Source: a virus
IMG/VR virus record: IMGVR_UViG_3300008954_002609
Span: 1 to 64,000 of that record
Length of the DNA stretch: 64,000 nucleotides
Strand: one strand, 5' to 3'
This document shows, piece by piece, positions 25,565 through 35,492 of this stretch. The notes below the pieces were generated by a model. It ran no database searches. It had not been told where the DNA came from and worked only from the letters and a program-made list of their open reading frames with translations. Made by a program: the position numbers and the translations under genes. Positions within the stretch are counted from its first letter, which is position 1; every line of letters starts with the position of its first letter.

Positions 25565-26866
25565 TTAGTAATCCAATCTAACTCTTAGCGTTAGTTCGTT
25601 CGTAGGGTCCTTCCTTAGTGGTTCAGATAGCTTCGCTGCAGCCAATAATTCGTTGTCCGGAGAATACAAGCCAATTGTTGTAATGTAACTAATTGGCATG
25701 TCGCTTGGAACGTTCTTTACTCTTATCTGGCTTTCCGTTAGATATGACGGATTCGAACTATAATTAAACTCATTATGATGTGCCCTACAGAAATAAACTG
25801 TTGAGTTCAGCTCAGTAGTATTATTAAAAGAAACATTTAATATTCTGTGTCTGATCGCGCTTGCTGCTGTCTGTATTGATGACCCCGTAAACAATGAATA
25901 AACGTCTGCATGTCCCAGAGCAGTGATATCTACTCCTGCGGCGTCTACTACCTGCTTGTGCATCATGCAACTTGCAGAATTCAGAATACCGCCAGTTAGG
26001 TGGTACACCGTTGCTGGTGACGTTGAGGCAGTGACTTGTCTGACGCCTGCGTCTCCACCGCCGTCGTGATTAGCTCTGGCGAATGCGCGGGCATCCAGAA
26101 CAACTATGCCTGCCTGATAAAAGATCAGACCTATGTTGCCTGGGCTAGTTGGATGATTAGATCCTGTAGTCAGACCATGTGCAATTGGCGCAGTAATTGC
26201 GTTTGATGTCCCGCCGCTTGAAGCAGATAGAATACCATATTCTCCTGCTGGAGAATTTATTCTGTAATCGTTCTGAGCGTTTGTGTCTTTTACTACAATG
26301 GTTCTACCTGTGTACTTTCTAAGATCGCCGGTAGTTTCATCTGGTGCATCTGGAGTGCCGTAGTGAGGAGATACACCCAAGGTCATGCTGAATGATCCCT
26401 TCTTGATCTCGTCCTTTGTAAGTAATCTTGAAAAGTTCAAGAAAAAAGCCTCGTGGATTTTTCCAGTTTTTGGATTCCCTGTAACATCTCCATCCTGATC
26501 GAACGCTCTTATGTTGCCATCCTTATCGTGGCCCATCAGAACCTGAGCCATTTGATTGTATATCTGTATCTTCTTTTCTTGCTGAGTTCTTGCTACCTGC
26601 TTAATATTTCCAGATAAAACAGACCCTGTTGAATAGCCAGTTGTGATATCAAAAATGTGATTAGCCGAAGAACTGAGGTATGGGTAATCATACACTGATT
26701 GGAACATTCCATGTGAATAGTTTTTTATATTCAATTCTGTCGCAATGCTCCCATCCCTGTTGTATGTACCTGAGACGATTGCTCCGGTGATAGGGATTGC
26801 TTCGTGAAGTAATGTCTTACTTGTTACTATGTCAGTGTTGAGAAATGTCTTGAAAGTTGTTGCCAT
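25565..26866 (-). CDS. Baseplate/tail structural protein with a C-terminal tail-collar-like segment
   Basis: Ends 'YITTIGLYSPDNELLAAAKLSEPLRK....LTLRVRLDY'. Shares 'IKKGS' and 'N.S.NP' with the 421-aa paralog. Confidence 0.65.
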   Translation of the reverse strand: MATTFKTFLNTDIVTSKTLLHEAIPITGAIVSGTYNRDGSIATELNIKNYSHGMFQSVYDYPYLSSSANHIFDITTGYSTGSVLSGNIKQVARTQQEKKIQIYNQMAQVLMGHDKDGNIRAFDQDGDVTGNPKTGKIHEAFFLNFSRLLTKDEIKKGSFSMTLGVSPHYGTPDAPDETTGDLRKYTGRTIVVKDTNAQNDYRINSPAGEYGILSASSGGTSNAITAPIAHGLTTGSNHPTSPGNIGLIFYQAGIVVLDARAFARANHDGGGDAGVRQVTASTSPATVYHLTGGILNSASCMMHKQVVDAAGVDITALGHADVYSLFTGSSIQTAASAIRHRILNVSFNNTTELNSTVYFCRAHHNEFNYSSNPSYLTESQIRVKNVPSDMPISYITTIGLYSPDNELLAAAKLSEPLRKDPTNELTLRVRLDY

Positions 26867-26878
26867 TGTTCAGTCCTT

Positions 26879-27877
26879 TTAGCTTGTTCCTTGTTTCTTG
26901 ATGTATCTGATCGGTATGTCTATGGAATATCCGGTGGTCGCTGCGGTGATGCGGACGAATGTGTCTATATAATAATAAACCTTTCCGTTTCTTAGCCCAA
27001 CCACTGGGGCATTGTCTGATGTTTGAGTAAAAGTACTTCCTAGCTTTTCGAACAAATAAGTAGATGTGTTCAAATTCAAACTAGGCTTAACTCTAAACTG
27101 CAGCACTTTTCCTCTAGGTCCTCTAATTCTATGCTTTGTCTTGTTTCCTCGAACCAGGGCGGCATTCAAGGTGTCGAACCTATCTCTGATTATTCCGCCG
27201 GCGTCCATCCCCGAGTTGGCGCTAATGTAATAACTAGCAATTTGATCATCATCTATGAACGATACGGGAAGAGATGCGTCACTGCCAAGTGCTGGTGGAC
27301 CAATCAATGTTCCCAACCTATCATCCATTTCAATTATAAATTGAGTTTCCCTCAAATTCGCAGGCAAGTCTAAAGAAGGTGGGACCTTCTTGGTGTCCAT
27401 GCCTGTCTCCAGAGCGATATAATTGCTCCCGTTGGTATGAATGATTCCCGAGTCATCTACATGAGCAGATACCAAGGAAGTATCGGAGTCTTCAGTGTTG
27501 GCATCAACCGTTATGATGTACGTTCCGATATTTGCCAGTTTGGTTGGTGCCAAATCTGGAGCCGAGTTCTGGAATCCGCCGTCGCACAACTTCATTATAG
27601 GCATGTGAAGTATGTTGGTGTTTGTTATTGTCATCAGTTTTGATTTCATTAGAGAAGTGTTATTCGTGAATGCCTCCAAAATTGGAGTCTTTAATACCTC
27701 CAAATCATAGTAAGCTGACCCGCTGGGGTGGTTTCTATTAAAGAGGGAATAATCTATTTCGTCGTCGCCTAGAGCGAATTTAGTAATTTTAAAGTCGCCT
27801 CGCGCCATTCGAAATCTTCCGGTATCCGTCAAAACCGCGTCTAGTATAATGTCTCCGGAATTATCAAGAAAAGCCAT
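26879..27877 (-). CDS. Baseplate/tail structural protein
   Basis: N-terminal 'DAVLTDTGRFRMARGDFKITKFALGDDEIDY'. AGGAG SD. Confidence 0.65.
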   Translation of the reverse strand: MAFLDNSGDIILDAVLTDTGRFRMARGDFKITKFALGDDEIDYSLFNRNHPSGSAYYDLEVLKTPILEAFTNNTSLMKSKLMTITNTNILHMPIMKLCDGGFQNSAPDLAPTKLANIGTYIITVDANTEDSDTSLVSAHVDDSGIIHTNGSNYIALETGMDTKKVPPSLDLPANLRETQFIIEMDDRLGTLIGPPALGSDASLPVSFIDDDQIASYYISANSGMDAGGIIRDRFDTLNAALVRGNKTKHRIRGPRGKVLQFRVKPSLNLNTSTYLFEKLGSTFTQTSDNAPVVGLRNGKVYYYIDTFVRITAATTGYSIDIPIRYIKKQGTS

Positions 27878-27939
27878 ATTTTTTACTCCTAGGTATTCTA
27901 CTAACTAATTAGGGATTAATCCTCAATAAATCCTAACAT

Positions 27940-30900
27940 TTATGAATTTATCTCCGTATTATCTTCAATTCTAGTATATTTCTTTTGAAATTTAAAATTT
28001 ATATCAACCTGCTTACCTGTTGACTTCGAGGTTATTCTGCATTTAAATTGCTTTCCCCACAAAGTCTCTCCTGGGTTGTCAGGCGTGCCCACAGATCCGA
28101 CCTCCTGGTGTCGTTCCCACTCCAAGAAACTGCCCCCGCCTGGGAGCGGAAGAATTGTTTGCAACATAGCCGGCGTTATCATTATCTTTTTTCTAAAAAC
28201 CATCTTTGTCTCTTCTACTGGTTTCGGAAAATTCCAGATGGACATTTTCATATAAACCATATCATCTTCCGATATGAGTTCAACCTCATATATGTTTGTA
28301 GGATTGGAAACGTGCCCGTGGACATCTTCCGACCTAAACGTGTAATAGTATTTCTTGTTTGGCAACACATCATCCTCGAAGGCTGTACTTGTCGCATCCG
28401 ACTCTATCCTCGTTAGCTTGTTTTCGTAAAAGTCATCCCAAGCCAGAGGAGGAGTATCTATTCTAAAAATCTCAAAAACTTTTGTCATATCATCGTTCTT
28501 AAATTTTACTGGTTGCACAGTGGTCCCATCTGATCTTTTGCGGGGAACGCTTCCAGCATATACTTGTCTTTGTGAGATTCTGACCATATCAAACTGCCCA
28601 TGATCATCTGGTTCGAGTATTACGGGGTTTGCCACCATTTCTCCAGTGTTGCTATTCAGCCAAAACAAAATCTTGTTTTTCACTCCCTTGTATGGGATGA
28701 TGTTGACGTCTGGCGGAACGGGTGGCTTATCCAATATTGCGATTTCCCTTGTGTGCATCGGCACGACAGCGATTCTGACGCTGGGGGTGTGAACAACTCC
28801 GAAAAAGAATCTGCCATCAGCATGTCGTCGATCGGCGGGGTCACTTGCCTCATGAAATCTCCGTATTTGCGCGTCTGTCATACAATCCAAATAAGCGTAT
28901 CTAGTACCGATTATCATGACAATAGATGAAACTTTATAAAGATATCTCTTTCCGTACTCCACTTGACTATCAACGTACTTGACTATGTCAACATCCTCTC
29001 TGTTGCCAAACATGAAAGTCTGGATCAGTACGCCTTCTTCGCTCATTTTGTCAACCCGATACCCAACAATCTCCGAATATGCCGGATGACCGTTCAAAAC
29101 ATCGTTAAAATTTGTCCGATATTTCTCTTCCACTATATTCTTAATTTTGGACTTCATTATCGCCCTACTTAATTGTGACCTAAACACTTCTTGTGGCATT
29201 GATCTACCGGATGTTGGTCTGTTGTTTTCTAAGGTTTCTAACCATTCATTTAAATCTGTATATTGTATATCACTTTCTACAATATCCGAAAATACCTTTT
29301 TAGTTTTTGCGGATGGTTGTATTCTATCTCCTTCTGGTACGAACTCTCCGTCTAACCTTCTCCTGACGTTCCCTAAATCAAGATCAATCCCCTCAAAGGC
29401 GTCAGAAACGTCCCCCACTATGGCACTCTGAGAGGACAGTATCGCATCCTCTTCCTGGGTACTGGATCCAAGTAACTGGGTTACTACCTTCATCCTTTCG
29501 AAATCATACCTCATCTCGCGAGGTCCATTACCAATTACTCTGTCGTCGTTAGGAAAACCCAGTGGAAAAAATAAGTTAAATAAATTATCTCTATCCTCGA
29601 TCCTAATTGCTTGCACCAATTTAGATTCAGTATTGGTCGTTATTTCTATTCCCGTATACATCGGGAACATATCTTTTTCCTTAAAAACCTTCTTAAAGGT
29701 CTCGGTTCCAGGGTCGGCATAGACATCCAAATTTGATACTTCCGCCCAGCGGCGGTGGACGAAGATACCATATTGTGTCGCTGCTCGTTCTCTCAATAAC
29801 TCTCGGTGTTGTGTAGCAGAATTGCCAGGAGTAACCAAATTTAAGAGATTTTCTTGCATCAAAAGCTCTTCTCTCACTCGTGATTCTCTATTGCGCTGCA
29901 CTGACCTACCTGGCTTAAACTTATAATAATTTGGAAGCCTGACCTCTTCGTAAAACGGAGATAATATCTCTTCGTATATTCGATCATAGTGGTTGTAGAC
30001 TCCATAAATATCTGCGTATATTCCAGTGTTAAAATCTGTTTTGTCCATTTGTTCCTTTGTCAGAAAATCAGGAATCATGGTCACATGGTCATGAAATGTG
30101 TGCACATAGCTGCCACCAGGGCGGAGAGACGGATCCCTAAACTCCTCCAAGGTGGTACCATACTGGAGCCGTCCGGAAGCGCCTGCATTCCTATAAAAAG
30201 GAACCACAGGCCATATATTCTTAGATTCAACCACCTGGCTAAAGTCCGCATCATATTTAAAGAAACTCCTTGGTCCAAATCGTCGGTATTCTCCATCACT
30301 AGTCGTTTGTGATCGTTTTCTAAAGTTTTGAAGATTTTGTCCTGCATATGGGAGACCATATAAATAGTTTCTCCAATTCCATCGAGATTGTTGTGGTAGA
30401 TTCTCACCAGCTGGAACAAGTATCTTAAAGGACTCTTGGAATATTGGGAACGATATCTCCGGGCTTCGTTGAGTAAACATTCCTAAGATACGTTGCAATT
30501 CGAACCAGTCTTTAGGAGGCAATATTGCATCCAACCTATCAATCCGATCAGGTCTACCAAGAGTAACCGGAGTCGATGGAGACGGTGACCACAGGACATT
30601 CGTCTTGTTAAAGAAACTAAATTCTGGTTTGTGGATTCCGTGAAAAGAAAGATCTGTGGCTCCCTCTGTAGGCTCTGTCGGAAGAAGTCCATGGATGTGT
30701 GCCTGGTGTAGCCACATCTTTCCTGTTGCATACCTAAATGTATCTCCTCCGCTTGTGCCCATCTCCCAGCTCATCTCACGCCTAGAAGGCACATTTGGTG
30801 GGATACGACCGTGTAAGGACTGGTTCGCTGGATCTTCCCCTCCTAGTCCAGATGGTCCAGGTATCTGGTTCCATGGGAAAAATTCAACAGATGATCGATG

Positions 30901-31374
30901 GGATGATCCGAACATGTTTTCATGATCTATCAGCCATTTAAACTTTCCTGCGGCAAAATTATGTCCTGGTTCTGGTACTATTTCGTTGAAATCCGCCCCA
31001 GTAGATGCGGCGATGGCATAGGCTTCGGCGGCTTGGGCGACGACCGCACCAAGTTCGGCTTCTACTGCATTCACCAAATCAACCTGGGCTCCGACTTCGC
31101 CCATAGCGGCTATGATTGCACCCATAGCAGCGCCAGGAACAGGACCACTAGGTGTCTCGTTTCTACAAAGACCCGTCACAGCATCGATCATGGAAATAGC
31201 ACTAGTAGCTGCAGCAGCGTTTGCATTTGCCTCCGCTTGAACCCCTGAAACGAGTCCAACGAGTCCCGAACTGCCCTCCGCAGCCCTGACAGAATCTCTG
31301 ACTAAACTTCCAAAGCCTGTAGCAGCATATCCTCCTGGCGATGGTCCGTCTCGCCTTTCACCGTCCCATGGCAT
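27940..31374 (-). CDS. Large hypothetical virion-region protein with C-terminal FN3-like repeats
   Basis: 'YVDSQVEYGKRYLYKVSSI' and 'FEDDVLPNKKYYYTFRSEDVHGHVSNP' resemble FN3 strands. Ala-rich N-terminus. Confidence 0.65.
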   Translation of the reverse strand: MPWDGERRDGPSPGGYAATGFGSLVRDSVRAAEGSSGLVGLVSGVQAEANANAAAATSAISMIDAVTGLCRNETPSGPVPGAAMGAIIAAMGEVGAQVDLVNAVEAELGAVVAQAAEAYAIAASTGADFNEIVPEPGHNFAAGKFKWLIDHENMFGSSHRSSVEFFPWNQIPGPSGLGGEDPANQSLHGRIPPNVPSRREMSWEMGTSGGDTFRYATGKMWLHQAHIHGLLPTEPTEGATDLSFHGIHKPEFSFFNKTNVLWSPSPSTPVTLGRPDRIDRLDAILPPKDWFELQRILGMFTQRSPEISFPIFQESFKILVPAGENLPQQSRWNWRNYLYGLPYAGQNLQNFRKRSQTTSDGEYRRFGPRSFFKYDADFSQVVESKNIWPVVPFYRNAGASGRLQYGTTLEEFRDPSLRPGGSYVHTFHDHVTMIPDFLTKEQMDKTDFNTGIYADIYGVYNHYDRIYEEILSPFYEEVRLPNYYKFKPGRSVQRNRESRVREELLMQENLLNLVTPGNSATQHRELLRERAATQYGIFVHRRWAEVSNLDVYADPGTETFKKVFKEKDMFPMYTGIEITTNTESKLVQAIRIEDRDNLFNLFFPLGFPNDDRVIGNGPREMRYDFERMKVVTQLLGSSTQEEDAILSSQSAIVGDVSDAFEGIDLDLGNVRRRLDGEFVPEGDRIQPSAKTKKVFSDIVESDIQYTDLNEWLETLENNRPTSGRSMPQEVFRSQLSRAIMKSKIKNIVEEKYRTNFNDVLNGHPAYSEIVGYRVDKMSEEGVLIQTFMFGNREDVDIVKYVDSQVEYGKRYLYKVSSIVMIIGTRYAYLDCMTDAQIRRFHEASDPADRRHADGRFFFGVVHTPSVRIAVVPMHTREIAILDKPPVPPDVNIIPYKGVKNKILFWLNSNTGEMVANPVILEPDDHGQFDMVRISQRQVYAGSVPRKRSDGTTVQPVKFKNDDMTKVFEIFRIDTPPLAWDDFYENKLTRIESDATSTAFEDDVLPNKKYYYTFRSEDVHGHVSNPTNIYEVELISEDDMVYMKMSIWNFPKPVEETKMVFRKKIMITPAMLQTILPLPGGGSFLEWERHQEVGSVGTPDNPGETLWGKQFKCRITSKSTGKQVDINFKFQKKYTRIEDNTEINS

Positions 31375-31376
31375 AT

Positions 31377-34300
31377 CTAATACTTTCCTCTCGTGTTGTT
31401 ATTTTTTCCAATACTTTGAACACCTTTACCTCTTGTTTTGTTTGCCTGCTTTGCTTGACTCTTTGCTCTTGCCTTTGCTCTTGCTTTAGCCTTTGCTTTT
31501 ATCCTTGCTCTCGCTGTCGCTTGTTCTTTCGAGCTTCGCTTTTGCTCAATACTGTTCCTTTTGCTCGTATTTTTTGGAATATCTCCCCCTGATGGTATAA
31601 ATATTTGCGACATTGAATTACTCATCTTATTATCTGTCTTGTTTTCTACTGTTTTTCCTCTACCCAGTGCCTTTTTTGCCTTGCTCTTTCTCTCTTGCTT
31701 CTCTTTGTTCGCTTCCAATGTTACCTTCGTTGACACCCTTGATACTAGAGCCTGCTGCTGTAGTTTGGCGGACTGAGGCTTGGGTGGCTGCATGATCTTT
31801 CGTGCTGACTTTTCCACCTGCTCTTGGATCTTAGATGCCTGCTTCGGTGGGTCCTTTTTAGCCTTTGATATTGTTGTCTCGCTCTGGATGGTAAAAAACT
31901 TTTTGCCGGAAGACATCTTTTCAGGTTTGGTAATTCCAGATTTTGGATCCGAATATTCTTCCATCTTGTATTTGCCCGGCTTCAATCCCTTCTTTACTTC
32001 TTCAATCTTGACTTCCTTATATATCGGCTTATTTAATATTGGCTTCCCTTTTATATCTTTCTCGAACCCCTTCAGTTTCTCTATTTTTTTCATTGTTCCA
32101 TATATAACTTTCGATGCTACCTGACCTTTTTTTCCTACGGCTGGTCCTGGCTTTATCAGCTTTTCAATTTGTGGTGCAATGCTAATTTTTTCTTTTTCTT
32201 TTTGCTTTTTTTGAGTGGTTGTTTTCTTCTCTTCTGTCCTCTTGTTTATGCTTTTTCTGGCTTTTGGTATTATGATCTTCTCTTTCTCTACGTCCACGAC
32301 TCTATTCGACTTTGCTGCGGCTGCCTTCACTAGGCTGTTGGCTTTCGTGAACGTGTTCCTCCTTTGCTGACTTGGCTGTTCTTTCACTAGATCGAGCTTA
32401 GTTACAGATTCTATTACCGGCTTCGGCTCGCGAGGTATAACTTCACAAAAAGAAGTGCTCTCGTCTTGGATGAACACCTCATCCACCTTGTCGGTCACGT
32501 CTGCAGAATAAAATGCCATATTTTGATCTTCAGTCTTTGCTGAGTTTACTATCTCTACCATCATTTCTGTTTGCTTTTGGAGACTCGGGGCTTTCAGAAT
32601 TTCCGAAAAATCAATATCTCCCAAGTTATCAAGAATAGATTTGGGTGATTTCTTAGCCAAAATATTAACGGTAGTGTCCAGCATGTCTATGACGGAGTTT
32701 GATTTCTGTCCTATAGGTAGATCAAAAATAGACTCAGGTTCCGTAGTATAAGAAAACGTTGGCTTGCCCAATCCCAAAGAAACAGAATTCGCAGATATCA
32801 CAGCAGGAAACCCATCATAAGACTTGTCTTTTAGATCAAATTTTTCCTCCTCCACTTGCAACAGTTGCTGGACCTGTTCCGAGGTTATCCTATGACTTCC
32901 CAGTCCCCTCTCGATTAGCTGAATTTTTGCTTTTTCATTTGTTTTCTTGGGGCTGTTACGTTTTGCTATCTCGTTCATTCGGGCTCTGGCAGATATACGA
33001 CGCCTTCCGCGTCTTCTAACTCGCTGGTTTTTACCTTTCACAATCATGGACAGTTTACTATTTGATTCTTGGTGCGCTGTTGTAACCAATTCATTGCCTA
33101 TTTTGCGCGGATCTGTATTGACCTTGGGCTTTTTCGTGGTCAACTTTGCAAGTTCATTGAATTTTGATGCAAAATCGGACACCAGCGCGGACCTGGCATA
33201 TTGTTCTGTGTCACTTTGTGCACTGTCTGTAGATTCTTGAGCATTGTAGGACAGTACAGTCTCTGTAAGATCAAATAAAGAATTTACCGAAAATGGGCGG
33301 CGGCGGTCGCTTGCGTCTACAAAATCATCCCAATCTCCAAAAAACTTCTTAACCTTCATGGTCTTGGGGCTTCTTCCAGAGCTAGCAGCCCCGCCTCTTG
33401 TGAGGTCTACGTTGGATGAGTCTTTAATGAGGTCAACATCCAAAATGTCCTCCAAAAGAGATTGGACTTCATTAAATGACTTAAGAACATTTGATACTTG
33501 TTCTGGTCTGGAATTCTCTGGCCTCAGTAAGGATATTACATTATCGATAGTAAACTTAGAAAGCTGTGCGTTGTCATGCTCTGCCAAATTACCCATTCGA
33601 AAAATCGCATCTGCATACACTATGTTAATCGCCACGAAATAAGACCTACAAATCTTCAAAAAATCATATTCTTTGTTCGCGTGCTGCCTAAAATTTGGGG
33701 TGAATCTTCTTGTCAAGTGGTTATAGTTTCCTGATCCTTCGGTCCTCTGTAGTGCCTTCTCTCTATAGTCTGGAAAGTCTGACCCGTCGGGACCTGTTCG
33801 TCCCGTCCTGCTATAGTATTTGGCGCTCATGAACGGGATTATACATTCGTTGTGATACCTCTCTAGTTCATTTGTAGATCTTCTCAATTCAGAAAGTATT
33901 TTCTTGAGATATTTTTCAAACCCATCCTCGTAAGTCAATTCGATTCCATACTGATATGTTCCATCGTATACATTTGTTAGAGAATCGTCTCTTCCTATAA
34001 AGTTCCTGAAAAAAGGAAAAGGAGCGTAGCCGTCCGTTTGTATCGGCAAAGGAGCAGAAGAGTCCTGCTGGAACCACGCCAGCATATTAGTGAGAGAAGT
34101 TTCCCTGGTTAATTCCTCAACTGGTTCGTCGGTAACTATTCCTGCTCCACTGTCCATCACAATCAAAAGATCTGACTCGTCAAATCTGTTTACCAAATTA
34201 TCGGCGGGTGAACGCTCGCCGGTTTGGGCTACAGTAATGGCTGAACTCCCTTTGGTAAACACATCTGGGGCTGGACAACCTAAAGAATTTGCACCTAGGG

Positions 34301-35492
34301 GTCTGTCCGTCACTCTCCTTCTCAATATCCGAATGTCAACAAGCCTAAAATAGTCTCTGGGGCGGAGGAGAGAGTACTTTGTCACGTTTGGCAGGTTATC
34401 ATACATGTATCCATATTTTGAATTTGTTTTAAAAATCTGTTCTTGGTCGACCATAAATTCAAAAGTTACCCCACCAGTCGAAGGATCATGATCTATTTCA
34501 GCTCTTGCGTTAAAATGATTTGACCTTGCATCCTTCAAGAACCTTAATTCTTTCCTCTCTTGCAAGAAGCTAGGCATGTGTGTTGGTAAATATAAGTCTA
34601 CTTCAGATCTCTGAAAGCCCCTGAAGTCTTGCACTATCATGTTTGGGACCACTATATCTGTTAAATATTGTGCACCGTCAGAATGGAACCTCCCTGCCAT
34701 GTATCTTCCGTCTTCCATTATATGATATGGACCCGTATAGGGGACACCTCGTTGGTCTAATAATATCATCTTGTGAGGATCCACGATGCCGTTCTGAAGC
34801 ACTGTTGTTTGAGCCGGAGTACCATAAATGGAATTTAAGAATTGTGCATCTGTTAGTCCTATATTTAAATCAAATATGCTAAAGTCCATATATGTAAACG
34901 AGTGAACCTTCATGTTCCTGACTCTGGCGGGGATTGTCGGTATAGAAATCTCTTTATGGTATTTGTATACCGGCTCATTGTTTGCGTCGTACTGCTTAAA
35001 ATGATCGGAAGTTTCAAAGATCATTTGGTCTCCATTATTACCTCTCACCGTATCCGTATAAAAGGTAATATCATTTCGAATGGCGGCGAGTGTCTGAAGG
35101 GCTTGCGGGATGGTAGGCGCGTTTTGACCTAATATTGCTGCAACCCTGTCTCTGAAGTTTCCACGCTCAATTGCTGATGAGACGAATATAGCTTTTATTA
35201 TTCTTGAGGCAGCCGCAGATGTGGTTACTACGACTACCACCTTGCACGCTTGAGCCAAAAGCGATTCCGATACCGATTGTGGATCCTGTCCTGGAGGTGT
35301 CCTAATTCGAGATCTTGTCGCAGCAAGTACGTCTTCGTCCATAACATCACTTATCGCTATATCTACTGTTGCGGTAACATTTTCATCAGTAGGAGAGGAT
35401 TCCAGGGTAACCCTGTTTATCTCGACATTTGGCAGAAAGTTGCCTATAAGGTCTCTCTCGGGAGAGGTTACTCTACTTCTAGTCGTCATCAC
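31377..35492 (-). CDS. Large hypothetical protein with a Lys-rich C-terminal tail
   Basis: 1371-aa ORF in the operon. Confidence 0.8.
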   Translation of the reverse strand: MMTTRSRVTSPERDLIGNFLPNVEINRVTLESSPTDENVTATVDIAISDVMDEDVLAATRSRIRTPPGQDPQSVSESLLAQACKVVVVVTTSAAASRIIKAIFVSSAIERGNFRDRVAAILGQNAPTIPQALQTLAAIRNDITFYTDTVRGNNGDQMIFETSDHFKQYDANNEPVYKYHKEISIPTIPARVRNMKVHSFTYMDFSIFDLNIGLTDAQFLNSIYGTPAQTTVLQNGIVDPHKMILLDQRGVPYTGPYHIMEDGRYMAGRFHSDGAQYLTDIVVPNMIVQDFRGFQRSEVDLYLPTHMPSFLQERKELRFLKDARSNHFNARAEIDHDPSTGGVTFEFMVDQEQIFKTNSKYGYMYDNLPNVTKYSLLRPRDYFRLVDIRILRRRVTDRPLGANSLGCPAPDVFTKGSSAITVAQTGERSPADNLVNRFDESDLLIVMDSGAGIVTDEPVEELTRETSLTNMLAWFQQDSSAPLPIQTDGYAPFPFFRNFIGRDDSLTNVYDGTYQYGIELTYEDGFEKYLKKILSELRRSTNELERYHNECIIPFMSAKYYSRTGRTGPDGSDFPDYREKALQRTEGSGNYNHLTRRFTPNFRQHANKEYDFLKICRSYFVAINIVYADAIFRMGNLAEHDNAQLSKFTIDNVISLLRPENSRPEQVSNVLKSFNEVQSLLEDILDVDLIKDSSNVDLTRGGAASSGRSPKTMKVKKFFGDWDDFVDASDRRRPFSVNSLFDLTETVLSYNAQESTDSAQSDTEQYARSALVSDFASKFNELAKLTTKKPKVNTDPRKIGNELVTTAHQESNSKLSMIVKGKNQRVRRRGRRRISARARMNEIAKRNSPKKTNEKAKIQLIERGLGSHRITSEQVQQLLQVEEEKFDLKDKSYDGFPAVISANSVSLGLGKPTFSYTTEPESIFDLPIGQKSNSVIDMLDTTVNILAKKSPKSILDNLGDIDFSEILKAPSLQKQTEMMVEIVNSAKTEDQNMAFYSADVTDKVDEVFIQDESTSFCEVIPREPKPVIESVTKLDLVKEQPSQQRRNTFTKANSLVKAAAAKSNRVVDVEKEKIIIPKARKSINKRTEEKKTTTQKKQKEKEKISIAPQIEKLIKPGPAVGKKGQVASKVIYGTMKKIEKLKGFEKDIKGKPILNKPIYKEVKIEEVKKGLKPGKYKMEEYSDPKSGITKPEKMSSGKKFFTIQSETTISKAKKDPPKQASKIQEQVEKSARKIMQPPKPQSAKLQQQALVSRVSTKVTLEANKEKQERKSKAKKALGRGKTVENKTDNKMSNSMSQIFIPSGGDIPKNTSKRNSIEQKRSSKEQATARARIKAKAKARAKARAKSQAKQANKTRGKGVQSIGKNNNTRGKY

